Below are positions 36,944 to 45,175 of a stretch of DNA of 64,000 nucleotides, one piece after another. Positions within the stretch are counted from its first letter, which is position 1. The number at the start of each line of letters is the position of its first letter. The position numbers and the translations under genes were made by a program. Source of the stretch: Gammaproteobacteria bacterium (lineage in GTDB: Bacteria > Pseudomonadota > Gammaproteobacteria > Steroidobacterales > GCA-2729495); NCBI GenBank assembly GCA_030583605.1, contig CP129466.1:3289028-3353027 (forward strand), written 5' to 3'. Under the pieces are notes generated by a model. It saw only the letters and a program-made list of their open reading frames with translations, was not told where the DNA came from and did not search any database.

Positions 36944-38230
36944 ATGCACATGCGTGAATTGCTCTTGTCCGGCCGCTGTATCCGAGCCTTGACCGCCCTT
37001 GCGCTCGTCCTGGCGGGATCGATTGCAACGGCCGACGAACTGCAGGACCAGTTCGATTCGGCGATCAACGCCATCGAAACGGACCGTCTGCGCACCGCGC
37101 GCGACGAACTGCTGGCGCTGCTCGCGGCGAACCCGAGCCTGAATCGCGCGCGGCTGGAGCTCGCCCGCGTCCACTATCTGTCGCAGGACTACGAACAGGC
37201 ACGTATCGAGGCGCAGCGCGTGCTCGACGACCCCAACACACCGGCCGGCGTGCGCACCACACTGCTCGCCTTCCTCGCCCAGATCGACGAAGACGAGCGG
37301 CGCAACATGCAGCGCCACCAATGGACGCCATCGGTGTATCTCGGCGCCATGTACGACAGCAACGTCAACGTCGGTCCGGACCGCGACCTGATCGATATCG
37401 GCGGGCTGCCGTTCGTCGTCCTGCCCGACTCACGCGAAACGAGCGACTGGGCCCTGGTGGTCAATCCCTCGATCGCCCATACCTACAATCCCAACAAGCG
37501 ATTCGACTCCGGGGAACACAAGGGCTTTTTCCTCTGGCAAAGCGAGGCAGGCACGTACTACCGCAGTTATTTCGACGAGGACGATTACAACCTCGGCATC
37601 CTCACGCTGCGTACCGGCCCGGTGTGGGTGGTGCCGCAGCACTGGCGGGCCTGGGTTGGACTGCAGGCGGACCAGATCTTCCTCAGCGACGAGAGTTTCG
37701 CCCTGTACACCGGCCTGAACCCCGGCGCGACCTGGCAGGTCGGGGACGCGACAGAAGTCACGCTCGAGGGCGTGGTCACCCACCGCAACCACTGGGACAG
37801 CGACGAGGAAGGCCGGGACGGCTGGTACCAGGCGGGCTCGGTCTCCGCAACGAGGTACTTCAACCAGCGCAAGTTTGCGCTGAACGGCGGCGTCGGCCTG
37901 ATCAGTTTCGATGCCGACGAGGATCGCTTCGGCCACAGCGGGCCCGAGGTCTACGGCGGATTCTTCGCCGAAGCCTGGCGCAACGGCGTGGTTTTCGGAC
38001 GGGTGGGTTACACGAAGTACGACTACGACGGCGACGAGCCAGGCTTCAACACCGCGCGCGACGACGACGAGATGCGCTACACGCTTGGCTTCGGCCACGA
38101 CATCCAGTCCGGCTTCCTCGATGACTGGTCATTGCAGGGCAGCTGGGTGTACACCGACAACGACTCGAACCTGTCGCTCTACGACTACGACCGCCACGTC
38201 GTGAATCTCGGCATCGCCCGCAGTTTCTGA
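36944..38230 (+). CDS. Slam / type XI secretion outer-membrane protein (DUF560 barrel with N-terminal TPR)
   Basis: Signal peptide, then a TPR-like helical region (RLRTARDELLALLAANPSLNRARLELARVHYLSQDYEQARIEAQRVL). Then an alternating beta pattern starting WTPSVYLGAMYDSNVNVGP and ending YDYDRHVVNLGIARSF (C-terminal Phe). Confidence 0.7.
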   Translation: MHMRELLLSGRCIRALTALALVLAGSIATADELQDQFDSAINAIETDRLRTARDELLALLAANPSLNRARLELARVHYLSQDYEQARIEAQRVLDDPNTPAGVRTTLLAFLAQIDEDERRNMQRHQWTPSVYLGAMYDSNVNVGPDRDLIDIGGLPFVVLPDSRETSDWALVVNPSIAHTYNPNKRFDSGEHKGFFLWQSEAGTYYRSYFDEDDYNLGILTLRTGPVWVVPQHWRAWVGLQADQIFLSDESFALYTGLNPGATWQVGDATEVTLEGVVTHRNHWDSDEEGRDGWYQAGSVSATRYFNQRKFALNGGVGLISFDADEDRFGHSGPEVYGGFFAEAWRNGVVFGRVGYTKYDYDGDEPGFNTARDDDEMRYTLGFGHDIQSGFLDDWSLQGSWVYTDNDSNLSLYDYDRHVVNLGIARSF

Positions 38231-38470
38231 CCGCCGGTTCGCGGTCAGCGCTGCTTCCCGACGCGTATTGAGCCCGCCGGCGCGCAGCTGCATTGCCGCG
38301 ACGCATCGCCGGCCGTTTCATTTACCATATCGCGTGAACGGGTTCTCACTGCAGCGCTGCTGTCAGTGAACAAACGTACGATTTGCGGTACAAAGGCCAT
38401 GAGGCGTACACAAGAACAGGGAATCAAACGCCCCGGCGCCGTGGCGTCGTCCCGCGGAGAACAACAAACA

Positions 38471-39679
38471 ATGCGCGCGCTCATCTTCTGCCTTGCCTTG
38501 CTGCCGGCGTTCTGGACCACCGGAGCCGTCGCCCAGACTGCGTCGCTCGATAACCGCGAATGCGCGGGGATCCTCGAACGCTGGGCGAACGACCCGAAGT
38601 CCGTGCCAAAACGCCTTGTGGACCAGTGCAAGGACCAGCTGGCCGCCGTGGCACCGGCCGCCGCGCCGGAAGAACCGATGGCCGCGGCAATCGATCCCTG
38701 CGCCGGCCCGAATGCCGGCGCCTCGGTGCTGTGCTGGGGCCCATGGGCCGGACTGGAACCCTCCGCTGCAGCACCCGTTCCCGGGGCGCCCGACACGAAC
38801 CCGGTGACCGGCCTGGAACCGCGGCCGGAAACCGCGGAGATATTCCAGCCCGAGGTCGAGCCGGATGAGGTCATCACGCCGGAACCGCCATTCCCGCCCC
38901 TGCCGCTTGGGCCCTGCACGCCGGGCGCCCCCTGCGGGTTCGCGACCCTGGTCGATGGCCGCACCAGCAGCGCAGATCCGGCCGACACGAGCTTCCACCG
39001 CTTCGACCTGGCCCCGGACGGCTCGCAGTTCACCGTCGACCCGGGTGGCGAGGGCGAAATCAATTCCGTCACCGGCATGGACACCACTTACGGCAGCCGG
39101 CCCGACGAGTACGAGAACCTCGTGGCGACCGGGCGCAGCGGCGATGAGCAGTCGCGCATCGGCGCGCGGGTGATCCGCAGCGACGATGGCGAAGGTGGCC
39201 CGGGCGACATCGAAGTGGCGGCCGACATCTGGACCCACGGCAACCGCGCCACCGGCAAGATCCAGTCGGGCTACTTTGCCTGGGGCAATGCCACCAGCCA
39301 GGCGGGGCTCGACGCGCTGCGCGGCCAGGGCGCCTCCGTGCGTTTCAGCGGGCCGATGTCGGTGGACAACGCCACCGTCGGATCAATGACACTGAACTTC
39401 GGCACGCAGCCGGCCTGGAGCGGCAACTGGGTGAACCCGGGCTACAGTTTCTCGGCCGGCGGGCGCATGAGCGGCGTCGATCTCGTCTCCGACAGCGACA
39501 AATTCAGCGCCAACGTGCTCGCGGACAGTGTCGTGCAGGGTGCATTGCTCGGCGAGCCGGGCTCGCAGTCGATCGCACACATCATCGACGTGAATCTCGC
39601 CGACAAGGGTCGGATCAAGGATGTCGGGCTGCTGCGCGAGGCAGGCGTCGCTCCTGGCATCAGCAACGCGCCGCGGTAG
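38471..39679 (+). CDS. secreted protein with C-terminal TbpB/fHbp-like 8-stranded barrel; predicted T11SS cargo
   Basis: From Met 38471 (GGAGAA RBS). SPase-I type signal MRALIFCLALLPAFWTTGAVA|Q with no lipobox. Six Cys in three clusters and a Pro-rich linker. C-terminal pattern ASVRFSGPMSV...GSMTLNFGTQPAWSGNW...FSAGGRMSGVDL...VQGALLGEPGSQSIAHIIDV...IKDVGLL resembles TbpB/fHbp/HphA barrels. Confidence 0.6.
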   Translation: MRALIFCLALLPAFWTTGAVAQTASLDNRECAGILERWANDPKSVPKRLVDQCKDQLAAVAPAAAPEEPMAAAIDPCAGPNAGASVLCWGPWAGLEPSAAAPVPGAPDTNPVTGLEPRPETAEIFQPEVEPDEVITPEPPFPPLPLGPCTPGAPCGFATLVDGRTSSADPADTSFHRFDLAPDGSQFTVDPGGEGEINSVTGMDTTYGSRPDEYENLVATGRSGDEQSRIGARVIRSDDGEGGPGDIEVAADIWTHGNRATGKIQSGYFAWGNATSQAGLDALRGQGASVRFSGPMSVDNATVGSMTLNFGTQPAWSGNWVNPGYSFSAGGRMSGVDLVSDSDKFSANVLADSVVQGALLGEPGSQSIAHIIDVNLADKGRIKDVGLLREAGVAPGISNAPR

Positions 39680-39704
39680 CGTGGCACAGACAGGACCTGT
39701 GAGA

Positions 39705-40298
39705 ATGACCATGAAACTGATTTCACGATTACTGGCCGTGGCGACGCTCGGTGCCGCAGCCAACCTGCAGGCGGCAAGCATCACGCTCGTGCCGTCCGCC
39801 TCGAACATCATCGAGGACACGCTCTTCACCGTGAACGTGGTGCTGGACGCGAGCGGTGCGCCCGGTGCAGATCCCGGCCTGTATATCGGCGAAGTGACCG
39901 TGGATTTCGACCCCACACAGCTCGCCTACCAGAGCTTTGCGTTTACCTCACCCGTCGGGCCTCTGGGGGGCGCGCCCTCCGTCGGCGCAGCCGGCGACCG
40001 GCAGACCGTGACGTTCGGATTCCAGCAGGCCACCAATAACAGCACGATCGGCACATTCAGCTTCCTCGCGCTCGGCAGCCCCGGCACCATCGCTTCGCTC
40101 GGCGTTGCCGATGCGGACGACTTCATCGGGACTTTCATCGCCAAGCTGCCGACGGATCAACCGTTCTATCCGGAGTTCAATGGCGCTTCGGTCGCCATCT
40201 CGCCGGTGCCGCTGCCCGCCACCGCATGGTTACTGGTGACGGCGCTTGCCGCAGCCAGTGCCCGGGCACGCCGGGCCCGGCACCAGCACGACGCCTGA
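39705..40298 (+). CDS. VPLPA-CTERM sorting-signal protein with cohesin-like domain
   Basis: Signal MTMKLISRLLAVATLGAAANLQA. The beta-rich domain (ITLVPSASNIIEDTLFTVNVVLDAS...GEVTVDFDPTQLAY) is cohesin-like. The C-terminus VPLPATAWLLVTALAAASARARRAR matches the VPLPA-CTERM motif, TM and Arg cluster. Confidence 0.7.
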   Translation: MTMKLISRLLAVATLGAAANLQAASITLVPSASNIIEDTLFTVNVVLDASGAPGADPGLYIGEVTVDFDPTQLAYQSFAFTSPVGPLGGAPSVGAAGDRQTVTFGFQQATNNSTIGTFSFLALGSPGTIASLGVADADDFIGTFIAKLPTDQPFYPEFNGASVAISPVPLPATAWLLVTALAAASARARRARHQHDA

Positions 40299-40308
40299 GC
40301 ACGCTTCC

Positions 40309-41802
40309 ATGGTGTTGATGGTGCGGGCGGCGCTGGCGCCGCCTGCCGCCGCCATCGCTGCGATCCTCGCGCTCGCCGGCGCTATCGGTGCTCCCGCCAG
40401 CGCCGGCGCGACGGACGATGATCCGCGCCTGATCGCCCTCGAGCATGCCGGCGAGCATGGACTGCTGGCGACCGACTACGACGTCGAGCAATTGCGAACG
40501 CTTGCCGCCGGGCCCGACGTCGACCACAACCCCGAGTTTCATCGCCTGCTCGAGGCGGCCTACGGGCGCTATTCCCGTGACGTCAGCCACGGGCGGGTCA
40601 CGCCCACGCTGGGGGACCCGGACTGGCACATCCCCGCGCGACCGCCGTTCACCGACCCGACCTCGGCACAACCGCCGGCCCACCCCCAGTACGGCCTGCT
40701 GCAGCAGGCGCTCACCCGGTACCTCGCGATCGAGCGGGGCGGCGGCTGGCCAAGCGTGCCGGCGGGTGCCACCCTGCGGCTCGGCACTCGGGATGCGCGC
40801 GTCGCGGTGCTGCGTGACCGGCTGCGCGCCAGCGGCGACTACCGCGCCGAAATGCAGGCGGATCCCTGGTTTTTCGACACCGGTCTCGACGGGGCGCTGC
40901 GCCGATTCCAGGCGCAGCACGACCTGGAGGCCACCGGCAGGCTCGACGAGCGCACGCTCGGGTATCTGAACGTACCGGCAGCGGCACGGGCAGAGCAGCT
41001 CGCCGCAGTGCTCGAGCGTTGGCGCTGGCTGCCGCCGGCGTTCGGATCGCGCTACGTGTGGGTCAATACCGCCACCACCACGCTCGATGTATTCGCGCAC
41101 GGACAGCGCGAATTCTCGATGCGCACCATCGTCGGGCATGCCAGCCGACCGACGCCGAGCCTCGCCAGCGACGTGCGCCAGGTCGTCTTCAACCCCAGCT
41201 GGTCTGTTCCCTACACCATCGCGGTGGAGGATCTGCTGCCACGCCAGCAGGAGGATCCGGGTTATCTCGCCCGTCACGCGATCCGGGTGCTCACCGGCAC
41301 GCCGGAGTCCCCGCGTGAACTCGATCCGGCCCGTATCGACTGGGCCGCGCTCGGCCCGGGGCGCTTTCCATACCGGCTGCGGCAGGATGCCGGGCCGGGC
41401 AACAGCCTCGGGCGCATCAAGCTCGCGATGGACAATCCCTTCGACATCTACCTGCACGACACGCCAGCCCGCGGCCTCTTCGACCTGACCAGTCGCACGC
41501 TCGGCTCGGGATGCGTGCGCCTCGAAGACGCCGCGCGCTTCACCACCTTCCTGCTGGCGGGTGACCGGGAGTGGACAGCCGCCGACACCGAGGCCCGCAT
41601 CGCGAGCGGCAGGACCACCACGCTGAACCTGCAACACACGTTGCCGATCTGGATCGTGTACCTCACGGCCTGGGCCGACGAGGACGGCACGGTCAACTTC
41701 CGCCGCGACGTCTATGGCTGGGACGCAAGGCTGCTCGCCGCGCTGCGCGCCCCACGCACCGCCGCGACCGAGACTGCCGGCACCCGCCGCGCCCAGCCTT
41801 GA
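40309..41802 (+). CDS. L,D-transpeptidase (YcbB/LdtD-like) with peptidoglycan-binding domain
   Basis: Signal peptide, PG-binding-like LDGALRRFQAQHDLEATGRLDERTL, and YkuD catalytic block FDIYLHDTPARGLF...LGSGCVRLED. Confidence 0.85.
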   Translation: MVLMVRAALAPPAAAIAAILALAGAIGAPASAGATDDDPRLIALEHAGEHGLLATDYDVEQLRTLAAGPDVDHNPEFHRLLEAAYGRYSRDVSHGRVTPTLGDPDWHIPARPPFTDPTSAQPPAHPQYGLLQQALTRYLAIERGGGWPSVPAGATLRLGTRDARVAVLRDRLRASGDYRAEMQADPWFFDTGLDGALRRFQAQHDLEATGRLDERTLGYLNVPAAARAEQLAAVLERWRWLPPAFGSRYVWVNTATTTLDVFAHGQREFSMRTIVGHASRPTPSLASDVRQVVFNPSWSVPYTIAVEDLLPRQQEDPGYLARHAIRVLTGTPESPRELDPARIDWAALGPGRFPYRLRQDAGPGNSLGRIKLAMDNPFDIYLHDTPARGLFDLTSRTLGSGCVRLEDAARFTTFLLAGDREWTAADTEARIASGRTTTLNLQHTLPIWIVYLTAWADEDGTVNFRRDVYGWDARLLAALRAPRTAATETAGTRRAQP

Positions 41803-41816
41803 AGCATGGTTCAAGG
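41797..41816. promoter_or_regulatory. dyad CCTTGAA-GCATGG-TTCAAGG (site A), upstream of the MerR-family gene
   Basis: Perfect 7-6-7 inverted repeat overlapping the ldt stop codon, 74 nt upstream of the MerR ATG. Same architecture as sites at 51934-51953 and 51976-51995. Confidence 0.55.
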
Positions 41817-41889
41817 TAGGGCATTCGGCTAAGATCCGGCCATGGAGCCCGGCTGAAGCCTCCCCAAATGGGCTCCGTCGACGACGACC

Positions 41890-42648
41890 ATGTCCAGCAG
41901 ACCGCTCACCATCGGCGCCCTTGCACGACGACTCAACGTATCGACCTCGATGCTGCGTTTCTACGAGCGCGAGGGCCTGCTGGCACCGGAACGACGCAGC
42001 GCCTCCGGATACCGGCTGTATCCGGCCAGCGCAGAGAAAACGCTGCTCTTCATTCGCCGCGCACAGCGGCTCGGGTTTTCACTGAACGACATCAAGCTGC
42101 TGCAGCACGGTGGCAGCAACAAGGGTCGCGACGACGTGATGAATATCGCCGAGCAGCGTTTCCTCGACATCGAGCGACGCCTCACCGAGATGCTTGTGCT
42201 GCGCCACGAGCTCGAGTTCTTTCTCGAGGACCTGACCGAGCGTGTCGGACGCGCTGCCGGAGGCCCGACCGGCAGGCTTTATCGCGAGCTCCTGAACCAG
42301 GTGTGCGGACACGAAGCGCGGCACAAGGCGCCCTCCTCGCTGGCCCGCCTCATCAAGCGACTCGGCTGCGCGCTCGCGACCGCCGAACGCGACAAGGTGT
42401 TCGCAACGCTGCGCGGCCGCCATATCCATATCTGGCGCGAGGACGACGGCTATTCGATCCTCGTCGCGAGTCGCGACCCCCAGGTCGAGAAAGCCCTGCG
42501 CCAGCTCGCTGCGAGCGAGGCTAACTGCGAGGTTCACGTCGAACCGCGTGTCTCAGAGGCCGATGAGGGTTTCCTGTTCCAGGTGCGCGGGCCGAACTCT
42601 TTTCTCTTCGCGCAACTGTTTCTGGCGCTAGAGACGGCCGAGACCTGA
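41890..42648 (+). CDS. MerR-family transcriptional regulator with atypical ~130-aa C-terminal domain
   Basis: N-terminal LTIGALARRLNVSTSMLRFYEREGLLAPERRSASGYRLY... (MerR wHTH) plus a coiled-coil. The C-terminal part is not the short Cys-loop of CueR/ZntR/CadR. Confidence 0.8.
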   Translation: MSSRPLTIGALARRLNVSTSMLRFYEREGLLAPERRSASGYRLYPASAEKTLLFIRRAQRLGFSLNDIKLLQHGGSNKGRDDVMNIAEQRFLDIERRLTEMLVLRHELEFFLEDLTERVGRAAGGPTGRLYRELLNQVCGHEARHKAPSSLARLIKRLGCALATAERDKVFATLRGRHIHIWREDDGYSILVASRDPQVEKALRQLAASEANCEVHVEPRVSEADEGFLFQVRGPNSFLFAQLFLALETAET

Positions 42649-42829
42649 GTCCCGGCACATGCCACGCGCCGGCGCCCGGCATGCAAGAGCCGTCGCGACC
42701 GGCAACCGCCGGCGCAGCGCGCTGACCCGCAGACCCGGCGCAACCCGGCTGCCGCGGACCGCCGGCTGCGGAATATCCCTATAAGATCGATACCAGGTAT
42801 TGCTTTCAAAACCTGCCGGCCGATATCAT

Positions 42830-42852
42830 AAGTGCGATACAAAATCGTTCTT
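42830..42852. promoter_or_regulatory. candidate NsrR operator AAGTGCGATAC-A-AAATCGTTCTT
   Basis: 11-1-11 imperfect inverted repeat. The right half matches the recalled consensus AAATGCATCTT at 8/11. Lies 29 nt upstream of the norB ATG, with nsrR encoded immediately downstream. Confidence 0.35.
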
Positions 42853-42880
42853 CAGCGCATCCCGTCAGAAAGGCCCCAAC

Positions 42881-45160
42881 ATGAACCCCAACCGTCGCCT
42901 CTGGAAGGCGCTTGCCGTAATTTTTGTCCTGTCTTTTGCCGTGCTTGGCTGGATTGGCCGGGAAATCTACCTGGCCGCACCACCCATCCCGGCTACGGTA
43001 CTCACCGGGAGCGGCGACGTCGTTTTCACGGGCGACCAGATACGGCATGGGCAACAGGTCTGGCTGGCCGCCGGCGGGCAGCAGCTCGGCTCCGTGTGGG
43101 GCCACGGCGGATATGTCGCCCCGGACTGGTCGGCCGACTGGCTGCACCGCGAAGCCCTCGCCCTGCGGGATCTGCAGGCCCGACAGTCCTTCGGCACACC
43201 CTACCGGCAACTCTCGGTGGACCAGCGCGGCAGTATCGATGCGCGCCTGCGTCATGAAATGCGGCATAACGATTACGACGCCGCGCGTGACCTGCTGACG
43301 GTCTCGGCCAACCGTGCCTCGGCCATCCGGGCGGTCGCGGCGCATTACTCCGGCCTGTTCGCCGACGAGCCGGGCCTTGACGGACTGCGGGAGCAGTACG
43401 CGATGACTGCCGGCACCGTGCCATCGAGCGCGGACCGCGCGGCGCTGACAGCCTTCTTCTTCTGGTCCTCCTGGGCGGCTGCCACCGACAGGCCCGGCGA
43501 GAACGGCCTCTCCTACACCAGCAACTGGCCGCACGAACCACTGGTTGGCAACGAACTGACCGCGGGCAGCGCCATCTGGACCATCGTCAGCATCGTACTG
43601 CTGATCGCCGGCATCGCGGCGATGCTCTGGTACCACGGCTCGCAACCCGAGCCGGAGGAACTGCCGGCCCCGGTGAACAACCCGCTGGAGAACATCGCTC
43701 CGACGCCGTCGATGCTGGCAACCCGCAAGTACTTCTTCGTGGCCGTCGGGCTGCTGCTCGGCCAGGTGGCGCTCGGCGCCATCACGGCACACTACGCGGT
43801 CGAGGGGCAGTCATTCTTCGGATTGCCGCTCGGCGAGATACTGCCCTACGTGGTCAGTCGCACCGCCCATACGCAGTTCGGCATCTTCTGGATTGCCACC
43901 GCATGGCTGGCAACCGGCCTGTACATCGCCCCGCTGCTCTCCGGCCATGAACCGAAAGGCCAGAAACTCGGCGTGGACCTGCTCTTCTGGGCGCTTCTCG
44001 TCATCGTGGTCGGTTCCACCATCACCGGCTGGCTCGGGACCATACAGCGGCGAGGCGTCGATTTCGCGTTCTGGATCGGCAATCAGGGTCTGGAATTCAC
44101 CAGCATGGGCCGCATCTGGCAGTTCCTGCTGTTCATCGGCCTGCTGCTGTGGCTCGTCCTGCTCGGCCGCGCGCTTTGGCCGGCGCTGCGGCGGCCCTCC
44201 GAATCACGTGGGCTGATCAGCATGGTGTTCCTCTCGGCCATTTGCATCGGCGGCTTCTATGCCACCTCGCTGGTCTGGAACCAGGAAACGCACTACTCGA
44301 TGATCGAGTACTGGCGCTGGTGGCTGGTGCACCTCTGGGTCGAGGGCTTCTTCGAAGTCTTCGCAACCGCGGTCGTCGCCCTGATCTTCGCGCGACTCGG
44401 GCTGGTGCGCACGAGCACGGCCAACAGTGCAATCGTGCTCGAGACCGCGGTCTTCCTGTTCGGCGGCATACTCGGCACGCTGCATCACCTGTACTTCACC
44501 GGCACGCCGACGTCGGTCATCGCGCTCGGTGCCGTGTTCTCCGCGCTCGAAGTGGTGCCACTGGCGCTGCTGGGGCTGGAGGGCTACCGCACCTACCGGC
44601 GCAGCCAGGCCGCACCATGGGTGGCCGAGTATCGCTGGCCGATACTCTGCTTCGTGGCAGTGGCCTTCTGGAACGTGGTCGGTGCGGGCCTCCTCGGCTT
44701 CGCGATCAACCCACCGGCGTCGCTGTACTTCGTGCAGGGACTGAACCTGACGGCGGCCCATGGCCATGCGGCGCTGTTCGGCGTGTACGGGATGCTCGGA
44801 ATCGGGCTCGCGCTGTTCTGCCTGCGCGGCCTGTTCGCGTCCGCCTGGCACGACGAACGCCTGCTCAAGCACGCGTTCTGGACCCTGAACATCGGCCTCG
44901 GGCTGATGGTGTTCCTGTCGCTGCTCCCGGCGGGGATCTACCAGGCCGTGGCGAGCATCACCGAAGGCCTGTGGTATGCGCGATCACCCGAAGTCGTGCA
45001 CTCACGCTGGATGGAACTGTTCGTCTGGCTGCGGGTGCCCGGCGATGTCGTCTTCGGACTCGGAGCGCTCTGCCTCGGCGCTTACGTACTGAAGCTGATC
45101 GCAGCCCGCTCCAGGCGGACCGCGGCGGCCACGCTCACACAGGCAGGCGAAATGGCCTGA
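42881..45160 (+). CDS. norB: quinol-dependent nitric oxide reductase (qNOR, single-subunit NorB/NorZ)
   Basis: 759 aa from Met 42881 with an N-terminal extension plus 12+ TM spans. Heme-copper oxidase-type blocks WWLVHLWVEGFFEVF and AHGHAALFGVYGMLG. Confidence 0.85.
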   Translation: MNPNRRLWKALAVIFVLSFAVLGWIGREIYLAAPPIPATVLTGSGDVVFTGDQIRHGQQVWLAAGGQQLGSVWGHGGYVAPDWSADWLHREALALRDLQARQSFGTPYRQLSVDQRGSIDARLRHEMRHNDYDAARDLLTVSANRASAIRAVAAHYSGLFADEPGLDGLREQYAMTAGTVPSSADRAALTAFFFWSSWAAATDRPGENGLSYTSNWPHEPLVGNELTAGSAIWTIVSIVLLIAGIAAMLWYHGSQPEPEELPAPVNNPLENIAPTPSMLATRKYFFVAVGLLLGQVALGAITAHYAVEGQSFFGLPLGEILPYVVSRTAHTQFGIFWIATAWLATGLYIAPLLSGHEPKGQKLGVDLLFWALLVIVVGSTITGWLGTIQRRGVDFAFWIGNQGLEFTSMGRIWQFLLFIGLLLWLVLLGRALWPALRRPSESRGLISMVFLSAICIGGFYATSLVWNQETHYSMIEYWRWWLVHLWVEGFFEVFATAVVALIFARLGLVRTSTANSAIVLETAVFLFGGILGTLHHLYFTGTPTSVIALGAVFSALEVVPLALLGLEGYRTYRRSQAAPWVAEYRWPILCFVAVAFWNVVGAGLLGFAINPPASLYFVQGLNLTAAHGHAALFGVYGMLGIGLALFCLRGLFASAWHDERLLKHAFWTLNIGLGLMVFLSLLPAGIYQAVASITEGLWYARSPEVVHSRWMELFVWLRVPGDVVFGLGALCLGAYVLKLIAARSRRTAAATLTQAGEMA

Positions 45161-45175
45161 GTGGGCTCAGGTACA

